Source of the DNA: Takakia lepidozioides | Lineage: Eukaryota > Plantae > Bryophyta | DNA: 64,000 nucleotides | Assembly (NCBI GenBank): GCA_030704615.1 | Contig: CM060732.1 | Span: forward strand, 75,702,001-75,766,000 | Reading direction: 5' to 3' | In this document: positions 63,488-64,000 of the stretch, piece by piece | Layout of the letters: every line of letters starts with the position of its first letter | Position numbering within the stretch: the first letter of the stretch is position 1 | Notes under the pieces: model-generated | Seen by the model: only the letters and a program-made list of their open reading frames with translations | Databases searched by the model: none | What the model was told of the DNA's origin: nothing | Program-made: the position numbers and the translations under genes

Positions 63488-64000
63488 ATGAATGCATTTC
63501 TCAGGATCAGATCTGGAAACATGATCCCCAATCATCATCCAATAAACTCCTGATCTACACACCCACAATGAAGACAACCCCTAACCCCAATAGAGTTTCT
63601 GGCCTACTCCTGCCACCAGCTTTCCGCTGGAGCCACAAGGGAACGAGGACAGACAAATAAAGGCAAAGTCAGCTTTATCAGGGGCTGACGGCTGTGTGTA
63701 TACTTCAGGGATGCTCCAGCAACCACTATTGAGAACCTAACCCTTGAAACTCATCATCTGCTTTATTGAGCAAACAGATCTGATAGCTGTTCTCATTCTC
63801 TGCCACAAAATTACACTTGTCAGATGGATCCCAGTCTCACACCCTGCTAACCCAGCCAAAAAAAGTTCTACAGATGATAAAACAAAATCAGTTGACCCAG
63901 CCCTACCAGGACTCCACTAGATTGCGCACAAGGGAGCCCACTGGTTCAGATGCTCACACAGAAGCCAGGCGTGCAGATCTGCAGGGCATAACGGAGATGA

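Overview
Eukaryotic nuclear DNA from a land plant. GT-AG introns, PLS-class PPR-DYW RNA-editing genes, nuclear petC and abundant transposon debris point to an editing-rich, probably bryophyte-grade plant (lineage is inference). Apparently intact genes: an intronless FMO with a DUF6314-like C-terminal domain, a PLS-E-DYW PPR editing factor, a P2A (ECA/SERCA-type) Ca2+-ATPase, 20S proteasome alpha-5, intronless MRG and HISN3 arranged head-to-head, Rieske petC, and the 3' part of a UBP22-like deubiquitinase. Main observation: the PPR-DYW gene (about 9.95-13.6 kb, minus) and its decayed inverted paralog (about 13.8-18.5 kb, plus) carry N-terminal, intron-split PDF motifs of the kind found in OSB organellar ssDNA-binding proteins, fused to a PPR cytidine deaminase. 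Two orphan copies of this module sit at 40-41 kb. Also notable: a possible plastid-type presequence on the Ca2+-ATPase, a 680-bp copia LTR palindrome, and a tRNA-derived SINE nested in a Helitron. All gene models were spliced by eye; no database searches were run.
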